A DNA stretch of 64,000 nucleotides from a virus (lineage: Duplodnaviria > Heunggongvirae > Uroviricota > Caudoviricetes): the IMG/VR virus record IMGVR_UViG_3300013902_000001, positions 20,000 through 83,999 of that record. One strand, given 5' to 3'. Position 1 is the stretch's first letter. Each line of letters starts with the position of its first letter. Shown piece by piece: positions 1 through 13,250 of this stretch. The position numbers were made by a program, and so were the translations under genes. The notes beneath the pieces are model-generated. The model was not told the DNA's origin. It did not search any database and saw only the letters and a program-made list of their open reading frames with translations.

Positions 1-3000
1 CTTTCATTGCTTTAAAACTATCCATCGGAACTGCTCCATCACCTCTATTGTCATCAATAATTACATAGTCAGCTTCTAGGCCTTGAACTGATCTATCGTT
101 ATTAGGATCTAATGAATAAGCCTCGTAATTAGTAATGTCAGCATCTTTCAGTTTTACCAATAGATCTTGATTTTGAATCTTTCCATCTGCATCCAAATCA
201 GTTAAAATCGCTATAGTTTTACCTTCTGCTGCCTTTTTTAATCTTTTAAGATCTTCGACTGTAATTTTATCAACTATCTTGTCACCAGAAAATTCAGATT
301 CGGTTTGGTAATATTTCAAAGTCTTTCTATCTTGAAGTAATTTTACAGCTTCAGGATATTTTGGATCATAACCTACAATCTAAAACAATCTCTAACAATT
401 CTCCAAAACATCTTTTAAAAGTGTTAGATTGTCTTTCTTGGTATCACGGCTTGTTCTGGCACTAATTGTCAATCTTGGATTTTTAAAAGTGAAAGCAGAT
501 TCTATATTAAATCCAACTTTTGTAGAACCTTTTTGTAAAGTATCTCCAGAAGTCATCAATTTAACATTATATTTACTAGCAAAAGCTTCGAGAGCCATGA
601 TTTCAGCTAATTCAAAGTGTGTAATCTCATCAATAAAAATTACCTTAGGAGCGTCTTTAACAGTTCTAATATATTTAGGATCAATGTTTACTGTGTAATA
701 AGAGGCTCCAGGCTCAAACTCATTCTTAGTGAAAAGTTCGCTATTTGGATCTTCTAACGCTTTTTGAATTACTGTATATCCATCTTCTGTTAAAATGTAT
801 TTAAGTAACTCAGTTTTAGTATATTTAGGTTCCTCGGTAATATTTAAAGCCGTTGCTAAATTTTCTACTTGTTTAGGTTTAGGAGCACAAACTGCAATGT
901 TTTTAATTCCAGAAAGTTCTCTAGCTAAAGACATTACTACACTACTTTTTCCTGCTCCAGCAATTCCCTCAACAAAGAAAAGGTGGGAAGTTCTCTATCT
1001 ACCTCGACCATTGCCATGTTCGTAAAGATAATTTACAGCAGCTCCATGAATTCCTAAATCATCGTTTAAGAAACTATAAGCAGTTTCTACCGCATATTCT
1101 TGAGTAAAGAATGGGACCTTATTATATTTTTCATCGGAAATAGCTTCTCGATATTTATATAAAAACTCATAAGGATCGGAAGCCATTGCCGTAGTAAGAA
1201 ATACCATCAAATCATACTCCGAAATAGATTTAGCATCAGAACTTAATCCATTAGTAGAAAGATCTCGATCAAAAATATTATTTGCATTTAAACCGATTTG
1301 ATCGAAAATAGAGTTAATAATATCCTGGGCTTTTTCTCCATTAGAAATCAACTCTTTAACCCCCTAATAGAGAGTATGTTTAATAAGTGCTAATTTTTCT
1401 GAATCAGTTTTCTTAGCATTTAATTCTGATTTATCAGGGAAAAGCTTTTTGTCTTTATAAACTAAACTATCTGAATGTTTATTTGACCAATCTAGTAATA
1501 ATCCTTCTATATTCTTTTGAGCTTTTATATTTTCCTAACGCTTAGATTCGGTATTAGACTCGATTAAATTCTTCAAGAATTGTAATTTATTCTTTACTAA
1601 ACTAAGATCCGCGTGTAATGAAGCAACGTCTTCAGTTTTTACAGTATTATAAGCTTGAGAATTTTCTCCACCCCATTTTTCTTTATATCTGCGCATTTGA
1701 TTGTTATAACTAATCAAATTTTCAGAGTCGATAGGAGAATCTTCAGTGCCAACAATGATTGCATCCAAAAGGTCTAATTTTCCAATAAAATTATCAATAG
1801 CTTCTTTGGTAACTCCTTGCCGAATATATTCTAGAGCATTTGGTAATGATGATAGTAACTAAGATTCTTGATTTAATATACCCATTAACTTAGCATCATC
1901 TCCATCAAAAACTCGCATTCCGTATTCTCTCAGAAATTTATAGAATGGATTTTGCAACTGATTTTTTGCTAAGGCTTCTGTGTATAGCTAGATATGCGGA
2001 TCTGCTTGTAATAGTGTTGTAACTTCTTGTCCAAACTAATCCAAAAGTTTTGCATTTTGAATAGCTTGCACGATCTCATTCGGCAATCCTTCATAAAAAG
2101 CTTCTTGATTTTTAGTAATCCAATTACTAACAATCTATTCTATCGGAAGATTTTGTTCTAATCCTTCAAATACTTCTTTCTTTAGAAGATCAAAAATTTC
2201 ATCATTATAAGCAAATTTTTCTACATCGTCTCCAACTTCGACATCTGGAAGATTATCATAAATTTCCTAAATACGATCTTTATAAACCTTATCTAACCGT
2301 GTATAAATATCGTTTTTAAGTAATCTGATTACTTCTCCGTCTAATTCTTGATTAGATCTAATATAAGCCTATAATATAGGGAATTTAAAATCCAGATTAG
2401 AAGTGTCGGTAATTTTCGGAGCTGTGATCTGATTTACATATTCTTCGGCATCTCCTTCTTTTGTAAATTCAATATTGTCATTGGTAGTATATCCCAAACC
2501 CTATAAAGTAGAATCTATTTGTGCTTTTAATGAAGCATTATCCAGGTCAGGATTTGCATTTCTAACAGTTTCAACTAATCCTGCAGACATTTGTTTAGAA
2601 GCAACCTATAACATAGTGTTTACAATATCCGCGTTCAAAGTTTCTATAGGATATTTATTTAATTCCTAAATTAGTGTATGAGTGAAAGTATTTCTTAAAT
2701 CCTCTTCAGTCAGATTTACTTGATCAGGATTAACCAATTCTGGAGGAAGTTTACTTAAAATATCCTTTTGCTATTTAATAATCGTCGGGAGAATTTTATT
2801 TAAATAATCCGCACTTAAACTACTAATCTATTCTGCAAGATTGGTTTTAATGCTATCACCATAATCCAGAAGTTCCTCTAGGGTAGCTCCTTGAAGTCCT
2901 GCTTTATGCAAAACTTCTGTTAATCTTCCTAACTATTCTCTCCAAGTACCGCTTTTAGAATCTTCTCCTAATGTAAATGTTTCCTTTCTAATAAGATCTT

Positions 3001-5743
3001 CCAGGACTTTTTTACGAACATCTCCGTAATGTGTATTTACGTAATCAAAAATAACTTTAGAAAAGTCCTGTTGCATTAAATCGTAAGCCTGAACTCCGAT
3101 AGTTCTAAATTTATCAAAATTATCTTCTGATTTTTTCCAATCGTCGTATTCAGAATCGATGTCGGACTTAGATAACCCAGCAGCATCATCTGCTAAACTA
3201 GAATAATCTATACCATATTTTGCCTAAGTGTAAGCATATTTATCTAGTCCGAAAACAGCTTCTCTGATTACAGGGTGAAGATATTGTAAAGATAATTGCA
3301 AATACTATTCGGTATTTTCTCCATTAAGAAAAGCTTCTATTTCTTTTTTCTTTTCTTTTAAATCGGATTGTAATTGCTTAGTATTATCAGTTTTCTTTTC
3401 ACCCTCTTCAGCTGTAGCAGCTTCTGCTAAATTTAATTTAGACTAAATTTCCGCTAAATCAGCAGCAGCTTTATTAAAATCTTGTATTAGGACATCGGTT
3501 ACACCGCTTTCTTGAAGTAATGGCTCTAACATTCTGTCTCGAACTGCTTTTCGCAAAACCTAATCATCTGATAAATTTAGACCATTATCAACGACAATTC
3601 CCTCAACAAATTTTATATAATTTTTTAATTCTTTAGAAATTTCAGATCCACGAGTAACGGTTTCCCCACCAGGCATTTGAATTGCAGATTTATCGGATTT
3701 CCCCATAATATCAGCAATTCTAAGCAATTCATTAGTATTTCCATTTCTAATTTCTTTTATAAGCGAAGTGGTAACTTCAGGCCGTGCTTGTCCTGTAATA
3801 GCGGCGTCTATAGCAGGTTGAATAACTTTCCCTTGTAATTCAAATAAAGCACCACCCATTAGACCGCCTATAAGATTCATTAAATATCTTTCTAGTCCAG
3901 CTTCGCTGAAAGTATTTTCCATTGTGTGGAAAGAAGCCCCTTTATTTTTTCCAACACCTAACCAGGACATGAAATCAAACATAGCCTTGGTAGAATCCAC
4001 CACAGCTTCTTCGGTTACTTCTTCAACACCTTCTATTATAGATCTTTTCCAAAATTCCTCACCACCATCACGCAAAATATCTCGTAAGGTAGTTAATCCC
4101 TTTTTACTTCCAGACCAAACGGAATTTATAGCCTTGGCAAACCCTGTTAATTTAGCTTCTTTGGTAGTAGCTTGAGCGATTTTATCAACTCCTTCCTAAA
4201 TCTAATTATAATAAGGACGAAGAGTCTTCTTCATTAAATTTCTGCTAACATCTTCACTATATCCTGTGGTAGCGTCAAGAAACCATTTTCCCATGGGATT
4301 ATTCATCATAATTCCATATTGTCCAGCAGCAGCTATAATTCCAGCAAACCCTGCCATTCTTCTATCATAGCCTCCTTCTAAGGCATCCGCATAAACATCT
4401 GCAGAAGAAGTAAGAGCCATATATCCGAGAGAAAGGGATTGAGAAAGCTTAGATTGCTTTTTAAGAATAGCTTTCATTTCTGGTGTCTAATCGACTAGTT
4501 CTTCCCACATTTTTACAAATTCCTTCTCAGGTTCTTTGAATAATTTAGGATTCTTTTTAGCCATTGACATCCATTCAGCTCCGAATTTATCAGCAAAATT
4601 AGCAAAGCTTTCTTTTTGAGCGTTTTTAGCAGTATTACCAAATAATTTTGAAAGACTTGCAGCAGCTCGCATTTGATATAATTGTGCAAATATATCACTT
4701 ACTGTATCCGCCATTTTTTCAAAATTAAAATTACCAGTCATTGCTTCATCGCTATAACTAGGATTGAATTTATTGAAGTAATTCTCCAGAGTATTCATCC
4801 CACGTGTAAACGCAGTATTAGAATCTCCTAACGCTATCCCTTCGACCATTTTGCCAAAAGTCGGAAGAACGGAAGCTAGTGCTATAGCGGCTGTTGTTCC
4901 ACCCCAGATTTCTCGTAATCCTGGAACCATAAAAGGTGCAATAGCAGCTAAGTTTTTAAACATAGTTCCCTACCAGCTCTTTTCTTTATCGTCAGAATCG
5001 AAGAAGTCTATTTTATTTATCCAGGAATCTTCTTTAGAAAGAATATCGGAATAAGCTACAAATTCTTTTCCGTATAATTCTTTATTTCCAGCAGTTTCGG
5101 TATAAAACTCTCCATTTTCGTCAGTTTTCCACTCACCTTTTCTATGTTGAACATCTCTACCCAGTAATGGATCATAATGAACTCCATCTTCATCCCAGGT
5201 TGCGTAAATCAAACTCGGACGTCCTAGATATTTTAATCCTAAAAATCCCTGATCTTCAGCAGTATAATCTAACCATTTCTCGTTTTCACTATCCCAAACT
5301 TTGTGCATTTGAGCTAATTCTCGATTAGATTTAGTAGATTCTCCTTCTCCGAAAAGACTGGTAACACCTTTAGAAGTTCTAAACGGATTTCTTACTTTTT
5401 CTATATTATAAGTTGGAGTATACTTTTTAGAATTTACAGGAGCATATAAATCATTTGGATTATATTCATTAAAAGCACTTAAATCATTATAAGTCTATAC
5501 CGCCGCTAATTGATTATATTGCTCCATAGCCAGATCATAGACTTTATTAAAAGTATCATCATCAAATACTCCGTCTTTTGTAGTAAAAGCGTTTTTAACA
5601 AAATCCGAATTTTTATATACGTCTTTGTCGTAAATTCCAGTATTTGTTTCATTTATTCCATTTGCTATTAAATCTCTAACTGAAGCATTAGGATTTAAAA
5701 TAGTGGAAATTAAAATATCATTAGGTTTACTAATTTCATTCAT
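1..5743 (-). CDS. Giant putative virion cargo/ejection protein (>1914 aa, runs off the window) with an SF1 helicase-like domain
   Basis: Track fragments 5495-5743, 4970-5308, 4487-4963, 4202-4477, 3560-4075, 1535-1768, 995-1351 and 392-934 are all in one frame and each ends at TAG; the stretches read by hand contain no TAA/TGA. It carries an EGVEEVTEE motif and helicase motifs GIAGAGKS, IFIDEI, SGDTLQ and SVQGLEADYVII. Confidence 0.8.
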
Positions 5744-7610
5744 TTTTCTAGAAAATTAAACTAGCAGAAGGAGTCATAACTGTCCCTTGCTGGCGTATTT
5801 GTCTCATCTAATCATAGGCAATTTGGTCCTAATATGTAGGAGTAGTAACCATCGGACCTTTATTAGCTAAGGTTCCGACTTGAGTTTGTGCAGTAGATTT
5901 TAATTTCATAAAAATAGGCACTTTCATAATATCAGTGCTGAAATCAAACCATCCCTTTTTAAACTCATATTGTGCATCTTTGTCTTTTATTTTACTATTT
6001 AAGCGACTATAAGCTCGTTCTATTTGTTGTAACTCTATATTCTTTGATTTTTTATCCAAAACTTCTACATACGGATTATCCTCCGAAAGAACTTCATCGC
6101 TTGTAACACCTGTTAATACTAAGAATTGAGCCATATTTCCAGATCCAGTAAAATTACCTTGATCGTCGATTTGACCTTGAATTCCGTATTGTCGAAGAAT
6201 TGCATTTTTATCAGCAGTTGTTAAAGAAGGATCTCTATTAATAGAATCCATAATTTCGTTAAACTGTTGCAATTGATCAAAATCAATATCTCCGTTTGAG
6301 TTTACAGGAGCCCATATATTTATAACGTCATTACCATCATACAGTATAGTGTCTAAAAGTCCTTCTGGAATCTTCTAGGTTCCTGCCATAATATGATTTT
6401 TATCAATCAAAGGTCCGATAGAACTTTCTATAGCCGAAGACATAGGAGCTTTCGGGATAATGTTATTGTCAACCGTGGTAAGAACTCCCACATCACTACC
6501 ACGAAGATTCATAGAAAGAGCAGGAGTTTTAGAACTTCTTAACTAATATTCTACTTGATTGAGAGTGCCTTGAACTAAAACTTCCAAATTAGTAAGATTT
6601 CTATTCTGCTGACCCGTCGCCTTTCCAGAAGATGTTCCAGCAGCAGTATTCATAGCACCTTCATAATCTATTTTAGAAGTGTATTTTGTATCATTAGCAG
6701 CTCCGAGAGCTGTCATTACTAACTATTGTGCGTAATCACCACTATCTTCGTATTTACCTCCTAATTCTGCAACATATTTACCTTGTAATTGCATACGCAT
6801 ATTCTTAGGAAGCATACCTATAATATATTTAAAAGCGTCTTGTATATTTTTAGAAGATTGTCCTTCAGATACTTTAAAAATAGCATCCATTCCCAATTTA
6901 TCTATTTGAGAACTTAATCCCTATAATGTTTGTAATTCAGACATTGTAGGTCGTTTAGCCATTCCTCCAATTATCCCAGCCAAATCTTTATAAGCTTCCG
7001 AAGTCGTTTCATTTTGACCAACGGTTTTTATAATATTTTGAATATAATCATTGATTTTTTCAGTCCCTATAGAATTACCTATAGTAGTGATAATATCCTA
7101 TCTATCAACTAATTGATTATCTTCTTTACGCATTTGAATCAACTCTCCAATAGAAAGAGCTTGATATTTTTCTGGATTATATTTAGAAACGGCAACAGTT
7201 TGTAATTTACCCTTCTCGTCTAATACATAAATATTTCCTCTATTATTGATAGCAACTTCGTCCCAGGCTCCATTTTCAGATGCTTGTTTTTCAGCTTTAT
7301 CCATATATTCAGATTGCTTAATAATTTGATTGGCATAAGCCTGAAGATCATATAGAGCTCTTTTATTTACAGGCAAACCCATACTGACTTGCTATTCAAA
7401 ATTTGCCAGCATAGCAGTAAATTTTCGAACATCGTTAGGCATGGCTTTCTTGAACAGCTCATTTAAAACAGACTCCGATATAAGTTTATTATCATCGGAA
7501 GATCCTGAAGTTGTTTGTTGCTATTGTGCAGTTTGAGCGGCAGGGTCAGCTACCGCTGAAAAGAAAACCCCACCGCCCTATTGCATGACTTGTATTTCAC
7601 GATATTTCAT
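5736..7610 (-). CDS. Putative cargo protein, 624 aa (code 15)
   Basis: ATG at 7610 (MKYREIQVMQ[TAG]GGG); joins fragments 7098-7382 and 5829-6272 through TAG; ends at TGA 5736-5738, overlapping the next start. Confidence 0.75.
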
Positions 7611-9415
7611 TTAAATACAGATCTTAATAAAATTAACTACTCTCGACTTAGTCTTTCTAATTGCTAGTTGAGACTGCGTTGAAGAGTTTGATTTCTCGTA
7701 TCTTGAGATTTACGTACATGCTGTTGTTCTTGCATGTATTGCCTTGTAAAATTGGATAATTTATCGATGGTTCCACCCTGTTTCTACACTGAAATGTCAC
7801 GCCTTCTATCGGAGAAAGGCCACCAGTCTATTTGGTTGGTAACATATTGTGGAATTTTAGAAATCGTTGCATTATAAGCTAATTGATCCGCATTTACCTC
7901 ATCATAGAACTGGCGTTCACGCTGTTTAAGATAATCGCTCCATTGAGTTCTATACGCAGCACCGGCATCAGTTTGAAGCCATTCCATCACTTTAGCCAAT
8001 TGATTAGAGTCTAAAGATTTCTATTCTGCCCATGTGCCTTTCCATTTGCTCATCTCGGCATCATCACCCCATCCACCAGCACTCATCATCGCACCATACA
8101 AATTACCAAATCCACTCCATTTAGTAATATCTTGATCGTCTTGATAAGCTTTTAATCTATTATTATAACTATTAGAATATTGTTCTTTCGCTTGAGCTCG
8201 TAATAGATTATTTTCATTTAAACGCTAAGTTTTAAGATATTCGCCATAACTTGCTGTTTTATTTCCAATAGCACTGTTGAGTGAAGTATTATCTCTTTCT
8301 AAACGTTTCTATGTAGCATTAAGTGAATTATTCCAGGCAGCAGCACTTTGGCTTGCATTGAAATTAGCAGCTTCTGTTTGTCCAGCTTTTCTTCGCTCTA
8401 AGACATTATGAAAATTCATTTTCTCTTGAGCAGTTCTATCAGCTTTTATTCTAGCTCCTTCTATATCTAATTTACTAGCAGCATCTTCAGCTTGACCAGC
8501 TAAAGCAAAATTATATTCTAAATTAGAAGAAAGGCCCCTGGTTGCATTTGCTCTAATCTAATTAGCTTGATTTTTAAGTAAACTCCTAGTAAAATATCCA
8601 TTATCCATTAAATAGTCTGGACTAGAATAAGATTGCTTAGGAAATTTCATTTCCGATTGCAGAAGTTCTTGCTGACGATGATTATATAAATCATTACCTA
8701 ACATAGAATCAATCGCCATCCAGTCTGACCAAGGGGTTTTTCTCTATTTAGCTGGTTGAGGAGTAACGGTTAACTAATTAGGTTTTACTGTTGGTTTGCT
8801 AGAATCAGGCGTTTCAGCAGCAGGGGTGCTGGCTCCAGGAGTTCCGGAATTTTGAGGCAAGGCTTGTAAAATATAACTCTTTCTTCCACCTTCGCTAATC
8901 CCATTCGGATCTTCCACAAATTGCCAGCCACGTAATTTAACTATTTCGTTAGCTTGAGCTAATTCATCAGTATTAAAAAAATTAGCACGGCGATGGTCTG
9001 TTTGAGTTCCGTAATAATTATCCCCTGTAAAAGTCTATCCATTAGCTGCTCTTGTGTCGTGTGTTGCCGTTACTGGATTGCTAGAACCTTGCATTCCATT
9101 CCAGAAACTATCATCATTACCAAACTTATAAACATTATGGAAATCCTTTTGATAAGCGTTAACATCATAATCAGAAGTTCCTTGAATAGCCTTTCCTGTA
9201 GGATTGTATTTTAAACCAGATCTTAACTAACCTAATCTTTGTAAAAACGGATTAAGCCTTTCTGGAGTCATTGTAGCGTCCATCGAAAGATCTTTCCAGC
9301 GTTTCAGGACACTTTTATTATAAGTGTCCCACCACGCTGATTCGTCCGTTGTAAGTCTAGTATTAGTAATTCCACCTCCAGTAGTTCCACCCTAATATTT
9401 AGGTATATATCGCAT
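7607..9415 (-). CDS. Putative cargo protein, 602 aa (code 15)
   Basis: ATG at 9415 (MRYIPKY[TAG]GG); same frame as fragment 7784-7999; ends at TGA in an ATGA overlap with the next gene. Confidence 0.75.
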
Positions 9416-9416
9416 A

Positions 9417-12400
9417 TTATTCGTTCTTTATAAATTCTTGTAATCTAGAAAGAGAACCTCCGTTTTTAAATCTATACTGAGCTCGGAGTTCTTCAAAAGA
9501 ATCTTTATTTTTGAGCATTTCCTGAAGTTTTGGATTATTCTTTTCTGCTTTTAGCATATATCTAAAAGCTGCTTTATGAATCTTCTTATCCCCAACTGTA
9601 TGAAGTGCTTCTAATGATTGGATCTGGCTATCTAACGATTGTCCTTTTGTAGATCCAGTCTCGTTATTTGCAGATTTCGATTTAGATTCGGATTTAGACT
9701 TCTACTTAGAAGTTGAGGTCTCTTCTTTTACTATTGGAGTTTGAAAATTAGGTTTCTAAAATCTAGCAATATTTTCATTAAAAATATCGATTCCTGTATT
9801 TTTTCCTTGTTCCACTCCTTTAAAAGGCATAAATATATTTTTCTTACCTCCGGCTAATCCTAATTCCTATAATAAGAAATATTCTCTATCAGAAAGGACT
9901 TTTCTAGGTTTTCCACTCTTAGTTGTTCTTTCCGCTTGTAAGAAAGCTTGAATTCCAGGAACATTATAAGAAGTCTGCTCTATATCTTTAATAGGAGCAA
10001 TATATTTTTTAGCAGGAGCAGTTTCTTCGGAAGAAGCTTTTCCTAATTTCTTTTTAGCAGCATTTTTAATATTACTCAACTTCTAAAAAGCTCCTTGTTT
10101 TTCAGGAGCGAAATCAAAAGTCTCTTTGGTGTTATTAACTGCTTTTTGTAAAGAAGCATTAGCTTCTTTTACTTTTCCTTCACTTGCTAACCTTCTGGCT
10201 TCAGTGGCCGCTTCCGAAGAGATTGTATATTTCTTTCCAGAAGTTCCGGTTACTTCACTTGCTTTTACTCCTGTTTCTTGGGGTTTAACTAATTCAGCAA
10301 TACTGTGTCCAGATTCATTCTTTTGACGAGTTCTGACTGTTCTACGACCAGCTTTTAAACCGCCAGCAACTGTGGAAACTGTCCAGGAAATATTCTTTAA
10401 ATCATCACGAGTAAGATTACTAATATCACCTGTCATTACCTTTTCCCAGGATTTTCTATTATCCTCATCTAGAGCTACTCCCATTGCATTAAGTCCTGCA
10501 AATATTTTAGGCGCAGATTTTATTAAAAATCCGAAGATTTTTCTAGTTTTAGCAGCAGCTCCTAAGCCGGGAATTAAATTTAGTGCAGCTAATCCGAGAT
10601 TTATTCCAGCATTTTTAGCAACTTGCCAACCTCCTACCGATTCATCGGCAATATCAGCAGCTAAATTTGTCGCCATCGAAGTGATACCTGAACCAGCGGA
10701 AATAGCCTAGCCTACTCCAGTAGGAACAAAATTTGTAACAATTCCGACTAAATCTTGAGCTACTGCTGCTAATCTAAGAGCGTCTTCTGCCTTAAATTCA
10801 TCAGAAACTTTCTAATTACCAACAGCCCAGCGAGTGGCTTCACTATACCCGTGCTAAGCACCCTCATTTTGAGCTTGACTAATTACATCGAAAGCTGAGG
10901 TAGGGGATTCTGACGGGTTTTCTGGTGACTCCAGCTAATTCATTCTAGTTCCCTTTTTAGCATATATAACTCCACCGAGTTTCTTTATTTGTGCGTCAGT
11001 GTGTTTTATATTATGGTAAGCAATCTTAAACTATCTAATAGCGTTAGCGTGTTTTTTGAGGAGCGGTTTCATTTCAGGATTTCCTTTTAACTGTTCGATT
11101 ATTTGTAAAACAGCTGCTATAGACCCTGCTTGATCTGGACTTAAGTTAAAATTATCGATGATTGCACGTTGTTTTTCATTTAATTTAGTTAAGTCTTTTG
11201 TTCTAGTAAGAATATCCCACGCACTCAACACGTTATCTAACCATTCAACTGGATTTTCTTCTATTCTGGTAGTATTCCAGCCAGCAGTATTATAACTATC
11301 CCATAAACCAGTCCACCAGTTTTTATTAGACATGTGGTCGTGAGCGGTAAAAGAAGGAGTTTCTTGTTTCCAGGATGGATCTAAATCCCAGATTTGATAA
11401 TCATCTTTTACTTTTTCTCCATATCCATTATATTGATAAGAAGGTCTGTCCGAAAATTCAACCAATTCGCCATTTTCATTAAGCGTGAACAATTGAGTCT
11501 TTTCATCAATTATAGGTGTTCCATAAGGAGTTTTCTATAACGGTTTACCATCTTCAGAAACAGCTATTACAGGAGCGTCTCCTGCAAAATAATTAGAAAC
11601 ATCATAAAAAGTAAAATCCCCTCCCAGTGCATTCTAAAGAGCTAGAATCATCGAATCCTTAGAATAGATATCATCATTTATATTATCCTCATAATAGAGA
11701 TTTTCATTTCTATGATAGATTCCATTATCGTTATTAGGATCTATATAATTCTTATAAATCGAATAGAAAGGACTATTTACGTCAGTCAGAGTTCTAACAT
11801 CGCCAGACCAAACTTCACCAGTTTCAGGATTTACAAAAGTTCCTTGATTGTAACCACCTTGATCTCCCAGAGTGTAATTATCATTGATATAATTATATTC
11901 TTTCCCTGTAACGATATTTCCTTCCGAATCGAGTAAATAATTACGTCCATCCTTTGTTTGGATAGTGTAATTATTAGATTTTAGAATATCTTGAAGTTCT
12001 TTATTATAAGTATTAGTGGAAGGCGTATAACCATTAAATTTCTTAGCTTCAGCTACTGCTTCAGGATCGTAAAATTCATTAAAAATTTCTTTAAAATCAG
12101 AAGCATCTACTCCTAATTTACCGCTTTTAATGATATTAGTCAAATCTTCAAAAGCTTGATTATCCGTATAATCAGAAGAATTGAGTTTATCCAAAATCCC
12201 CTACAATTGCGGAATAGCAGAATAAGCATAATCCAAATTTGCTTTATCGAAATTATGAATAAATCCACTTTGATCAGAAGTTGATTTCAAACGATTAATT
12301 TGACTAATCAATCCTTCAGCTACTAATTTTACTCGATCTTTAATAGAGGCATCACCTTTTGCAAAATCAAAAGCTGGATTTTTCCAATTATAGGTAAAAT

Positions 12401-12824
12401 GAATACTTCCAGGAGCATCACTTGCAGGCTGAGCAGCCACTGTTGGATTCGCAGGTTCTTCTACTAATGTTCTACGAGTAAGATCATTAGCGAGAGTATT
12501 TACTTCATCTCGGCTGAGATTTCCAAATATATTTGTTCTAGCGGTGCCAGTTTGAACAGGATTATATGATTGAGTTCCTTTAATAAGATTAAGTTTTCGA
12601 TTAGACATATCTAACCGAAATCTACGCTCATCGCGATCTGATAAACCTTGAGCTTTTAAGAAAGCATCTTCATTAGCAGTGAGCATATCAACTTGAGCCT
12701 TTGTATTAGCGTCTAAGTTTGCATATAATTCATTTATTTCCGCTAAATTTCTTTCCAGAGCATCATTCTCTTCTCGACGAGTCCTTACTTTATCTCCTTC
12801 TTTTAATTTGAGTATTTGTCCCAT
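9417..12824 (-). CDS. Putative cargo protein, 1135 aa (code 15)
   Basis: Fragments 12201-12824, 11634-12194, 11031-11492, 10083-10676 and 9867-10079 are in frame and separated by TAG; ends ...FKNGGSLSRLQEFIKNE-TAA. Confidence 0.75.
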
Positions 12825-12850
12825 GTAATATATTTAAAAGGTTCATAAAC

Positions 12851-12880
12851 AATAAAAGGGGAACTTGCGCTCCCCTTTAA
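12851..12880 (-). terminator. Rho-independent terminator
   Basis: Minus strand AAAGGGGA-GCGCAAGT-TCCCCTTT followed by TATT, just after the stop of the 83-aa gene. Confidence 0.7.
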
Positions 12881-12895
12881 TTATGCGATCGCGCA

Positions 12896-13147
12896 TTAAC
12901 GGATTCGTGTCAATTTTCCACCGTTGCGTTGGAACGCAGGTTGTTGCTCTGGAGCGGGCATCTCTTGACCGCCTTGCAGCATTTCCATAATAATTTGTGC
13001 CAGCATAGCAGCAGCATCAGGCCCGAGTGAGCTCAGAATTTCCTGAGCCATTTGAACCAACTACTGCATCATCTGATCCTGTGCGCCAGCTTCAGGTGCT
13101 GGAGCAGCTTCTTGTGGCATTGCGCCACCCTCTTGAAAGTACTTCAT
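12896..13147 (-). CDS. Small Gln/Ala/Met-rich protein, 83 aa (MKYFQEGG...QRNGGKLTRIR); missed by the ORF track
   Basis: ATG 13147 to TAA 12896 with one internal TAG (CAG TAG TTG); locally GC-rich; has its own upstream promoter motif and downstream terminator. Confidence 0.8.
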
Positions 13148-13189
13148 GTTAATTAATATTTTATAACGTTATTAATCATTTTATTCGTG

Positions 13190-13197
13190 CAAAATTA
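13190..13197 (-). promoter_or_regulatory. Bacteroidota-type -7 promoter element (TAnnTTTG)
   Basis: TAATTTTG in the intergenic gap about 45 nt upstream of ATG 13147. Confidence 0.6.
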
Positions 13198-13250
13198 ATA
13201 AAATCAGCATAAATAAAAAACCAATTATTGCTTTTTTCTATTACACCTAA

